Part shown: positions 61,465 to 64,000 of the stretch, in pieces
Position numbering within the stretch: the stretch's first letter is position 1
Layout: each line of letters opens with the position of its first letter
Notes under the pieces: model-generated
The model's database searches: none
The model's input: only the letters and a program-made list of their open reading frames with translations
Told to the model about the DNA's origin: nothing
Translations under genes and position numbers: made by a program
Origin: Octopus vulgaris
Taxonomy: Eukaryota
Direction of reading: 5' to 3'
Assembly (NCBI GenBank): GCA_951406725.2
Contig: OX597815.1
Location: 20,212,001-20,276,000 of the forward strand
Length of the DNA stretch: 64,000 nucleotides

Positions 61465-64000
61465 AAATGTTTCAGCCCCAGGGGTGCAGCCATGCAGGGA
61501 CACCACCATTGGATGAGCGACACTAGTATGTGAAACCACCTCTGAAACATAGCACTTGATCAACAAGGGAGTTCGACGCCGCTGCACGCATCTGTGTTTC
61601 CTGCGGAGAGGTAGGTTCATCTGGCACCCCTGACAAGAAGAGATCCAGTTTAGTTTTAAAGAAACCCACATCCACGTCATGCAGGTCTCTCAGGCATTTA
61701 GGAAGGATATTGAAGCGCTTTGGTCCTCTGAAACCCAAACTGTTGCACTATCTGGTCCTGTATTTTGATAGTGATGTTGCAATCTTTGGCACCATGCAGT
61801 GGCGCCCCATTCTGCGGTTGGGGTAACTTTGAATTCTAAAGTTTGAGACAAGGCCCTCCAGGCTTTTCCAGATGTATATCACGGCATATCTCTCCCCGCT
61901 TCACTCCAGGGAGAAGAGTTTTAATACTTTCAGTCTTTCCCAGTAGCTGATATGTTGCATTGAGACAATCTTCTTAGTGTAGCTTCGTTGAATTGCTTCG
62001 AGTTCTGCTGTTAGCTTTATATTGTGTGGTGAGCAAAGTTGGGAGCAGTAGTCCAAGTAGCTGAGGATGAATGTCTTCCAAAGGGCCATCAGTGTCTCCT
62101 TCTCTCTTGTTCTGAAAGTTCAGAGAATCCATCCAGCTAGCCATCTGCATTTTATCACCAAATTAGTAATATGTACTTGGAAAGATGCATCATTGCTCAT
62201 GTCAATACCCAGGTCATGCACTGATTTTGACTCAGGAATTACAACTCTTTCCGGGCCAGTGTATCCAGACTGCATGTTGTTTACCTCTGTGTGCCAGTAG
62301 CGCAGGGCCTCAAACTTCCCTACATTAAACTGCATGTTGTTGTCCTCAGCCCACCTGTATATTGTATCCAACTCCCATTGCAGATGTGCAATATTTTCAG
62401 GGTTTTGTATTGTGTGGGAGACTTTTGTGTCATCTGCATAGCTAGCAAGGATGGCCATCTTAGCAACTGAGGGCATGTCTGAAAGGGCCACTATGAACAG
62501 CAGTGGTCCCAAGACAGTGCCCTGTGGAACACCGCTTGTTATTTGTGTTTCCTTGGAGGTTATCCATTGGCCACAACTGCTTGCCTTCTATCTTTAAGGA
62601 AGTTGTTCAGCCACTCTCCAAGTTTTCCGCCTATGCCGAGACCACGCAGTTTGTGATAAATCATACCATAGTCGACTTTATCAAAGGCTTTTGCAAAGTT
62701 GAGATATATCTCATCTACATTTAAGCCATTTAGTAGCTGCTTTAACACCCAGTCATAGTGTTGTAGGAGCCGTGGTAGGCAGCTCCTACCTGGTTGAAAT
62801 CCATGATGGGTGTCAGTCAGCAAGTCATTTTCTTCAAGGAACATGATTAGTTTCTTGTGGACTATTCGTTCCATGACTTTGCTGATGTGTGAGGTCAGAG
62901 AGATAGGCCTATAATTTTTAGCATCTGCTCTGCTTCCTCCCTTATGGTTAGGGCATATTACCCCCTCTTTCAATTTGACTGGAAGCTTACCACTTGCAAG
63001 AAAGCTCTGAAAAAGAAGCTGTAGCGGTTTTGCAAGGGCTCATTTGCACGATTTGTGAAGGATCGCTGGAAATCCATCAGGTCCAGCAGATGAGTTTGTG
63101 TCAATCTCATCTATGGCCAGTGTGATATCATCATCTTCAATGTTGATGTACTCAATTTTTGGCTCTTTGGCAACAGATAAAGTAGCAAAGAATTCTTCTG
63201 GTTTGTCTACTTGCCTGTGTCCTAGAGGTGTAGTGAACACACTTTGGAACTGTTCATTCAGTATTTCACTTATCCTCATGAGATTTCCTGTGAGGGAGCC
63301 ATCTTTTTGGAAGAGAGGTCCTATTCTATGGCACACTGTGACTGTCTCTTTGGCAAACTTAAAGAAAGCTTTAGGGTTTGACTTGATATTTTCTATTACC
63401 CAAGCTTCTTTATCTGCTCTCTCTCCTTTTCATGAGACTGATGCAGACTTCTCACCACTTTTGGTGTGCTTGCTCAGGCAGTTCGCAATCCTTGTCCATC
63501 GTCTCATAAGAATCTTCCTTTCTCTAGGGATCCTGTTTTTGTGTGTGCTGGCCCTGCACACTGGGACATATTTGTCACATATGGCTTGTATTATGGACAT
63601 GAAATGTTTGTGTTTCATGTCAATGTCTGGTGTGGAGAGACATTTAGGCCAATCCTGTTTGAGGATCACTTTCTCAATCAACTTCAAATTTGCTTTATGA
63701 AAGTTTAATTTGGAGAGATTGTGGATGCTTCGTATAGGCTGTGTGTCTGCTGGGGCTTTTGGTCCATACATAAACAGCTCTATTATGTTGTGATCTGAGA
63801 TCATTGTCGGCATCACTTTAACATTATGGATAATATCCATATTGTTTGTGAAGCAGAGATCTAGTATATTATTTGCCCTGGTTGGTTACAGCACTATTTG
63901 CTCCATGAAAGAGGCATTTGTGAGATGGATCAGGGACTCTGCCTGTGCTTGCTGATGGTGTGTCATCCCTGGGAGCATCTGCTCCCCAGGCCATTCCACA
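61465..64000 (-). mobile_element. CR1-clade LINE, copy 3 (diverged subfamily, multiple stops and frameshifts, runs off the window)
   Basis: [46 protein letters not shown] in ORFs 63430-63840, 62560-62973, 62120-62512, 61901-62089. Confidence 0.92.

Overview
AT-rich, repeat-dense eukaryotic DNA. The tRNA-derived SINE families, CR1 and RTE LINEs and long (TA)n/(GATA)n tracts suggest an octopus genome; this is inferred from recalled repeat families, not from a search. One host gene could be reconstructed by hand: a five-exon, minus-strand heat-shock-factor gene of HSF5/HSFX/HSFY type (56628 to 29728, about 575 aa, all splice phases consistent) whose DNA-binding domain carries two long insertions. 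The rest is transposon debris: three CR1 LINE copies, several RTE families, at least four SINE families, mariner, pogo, hAT and piggyBac-type elements, and a MITE carrying (TTAGGG)5. The most unusual signal is a set of about eight short, (TA)n-associated elements with minimal type I hammerhead-ribozyme topology, resembling Penelope-like pseudo-LTR ends. Two of them are spacer-less palindromes of about 130 bp centred in the ribozyme, and their arms co-vary between copies. Also notable are a 3' tail shared by a SINE and the CR1 LINEs with a conserved hairpin, and a 58-bp inverted templated insertion inside a SINE. Most ORFs in the supplied track are microsatellite artefacts. Coordinates were counted by eye and repeat boundaries are approximate.
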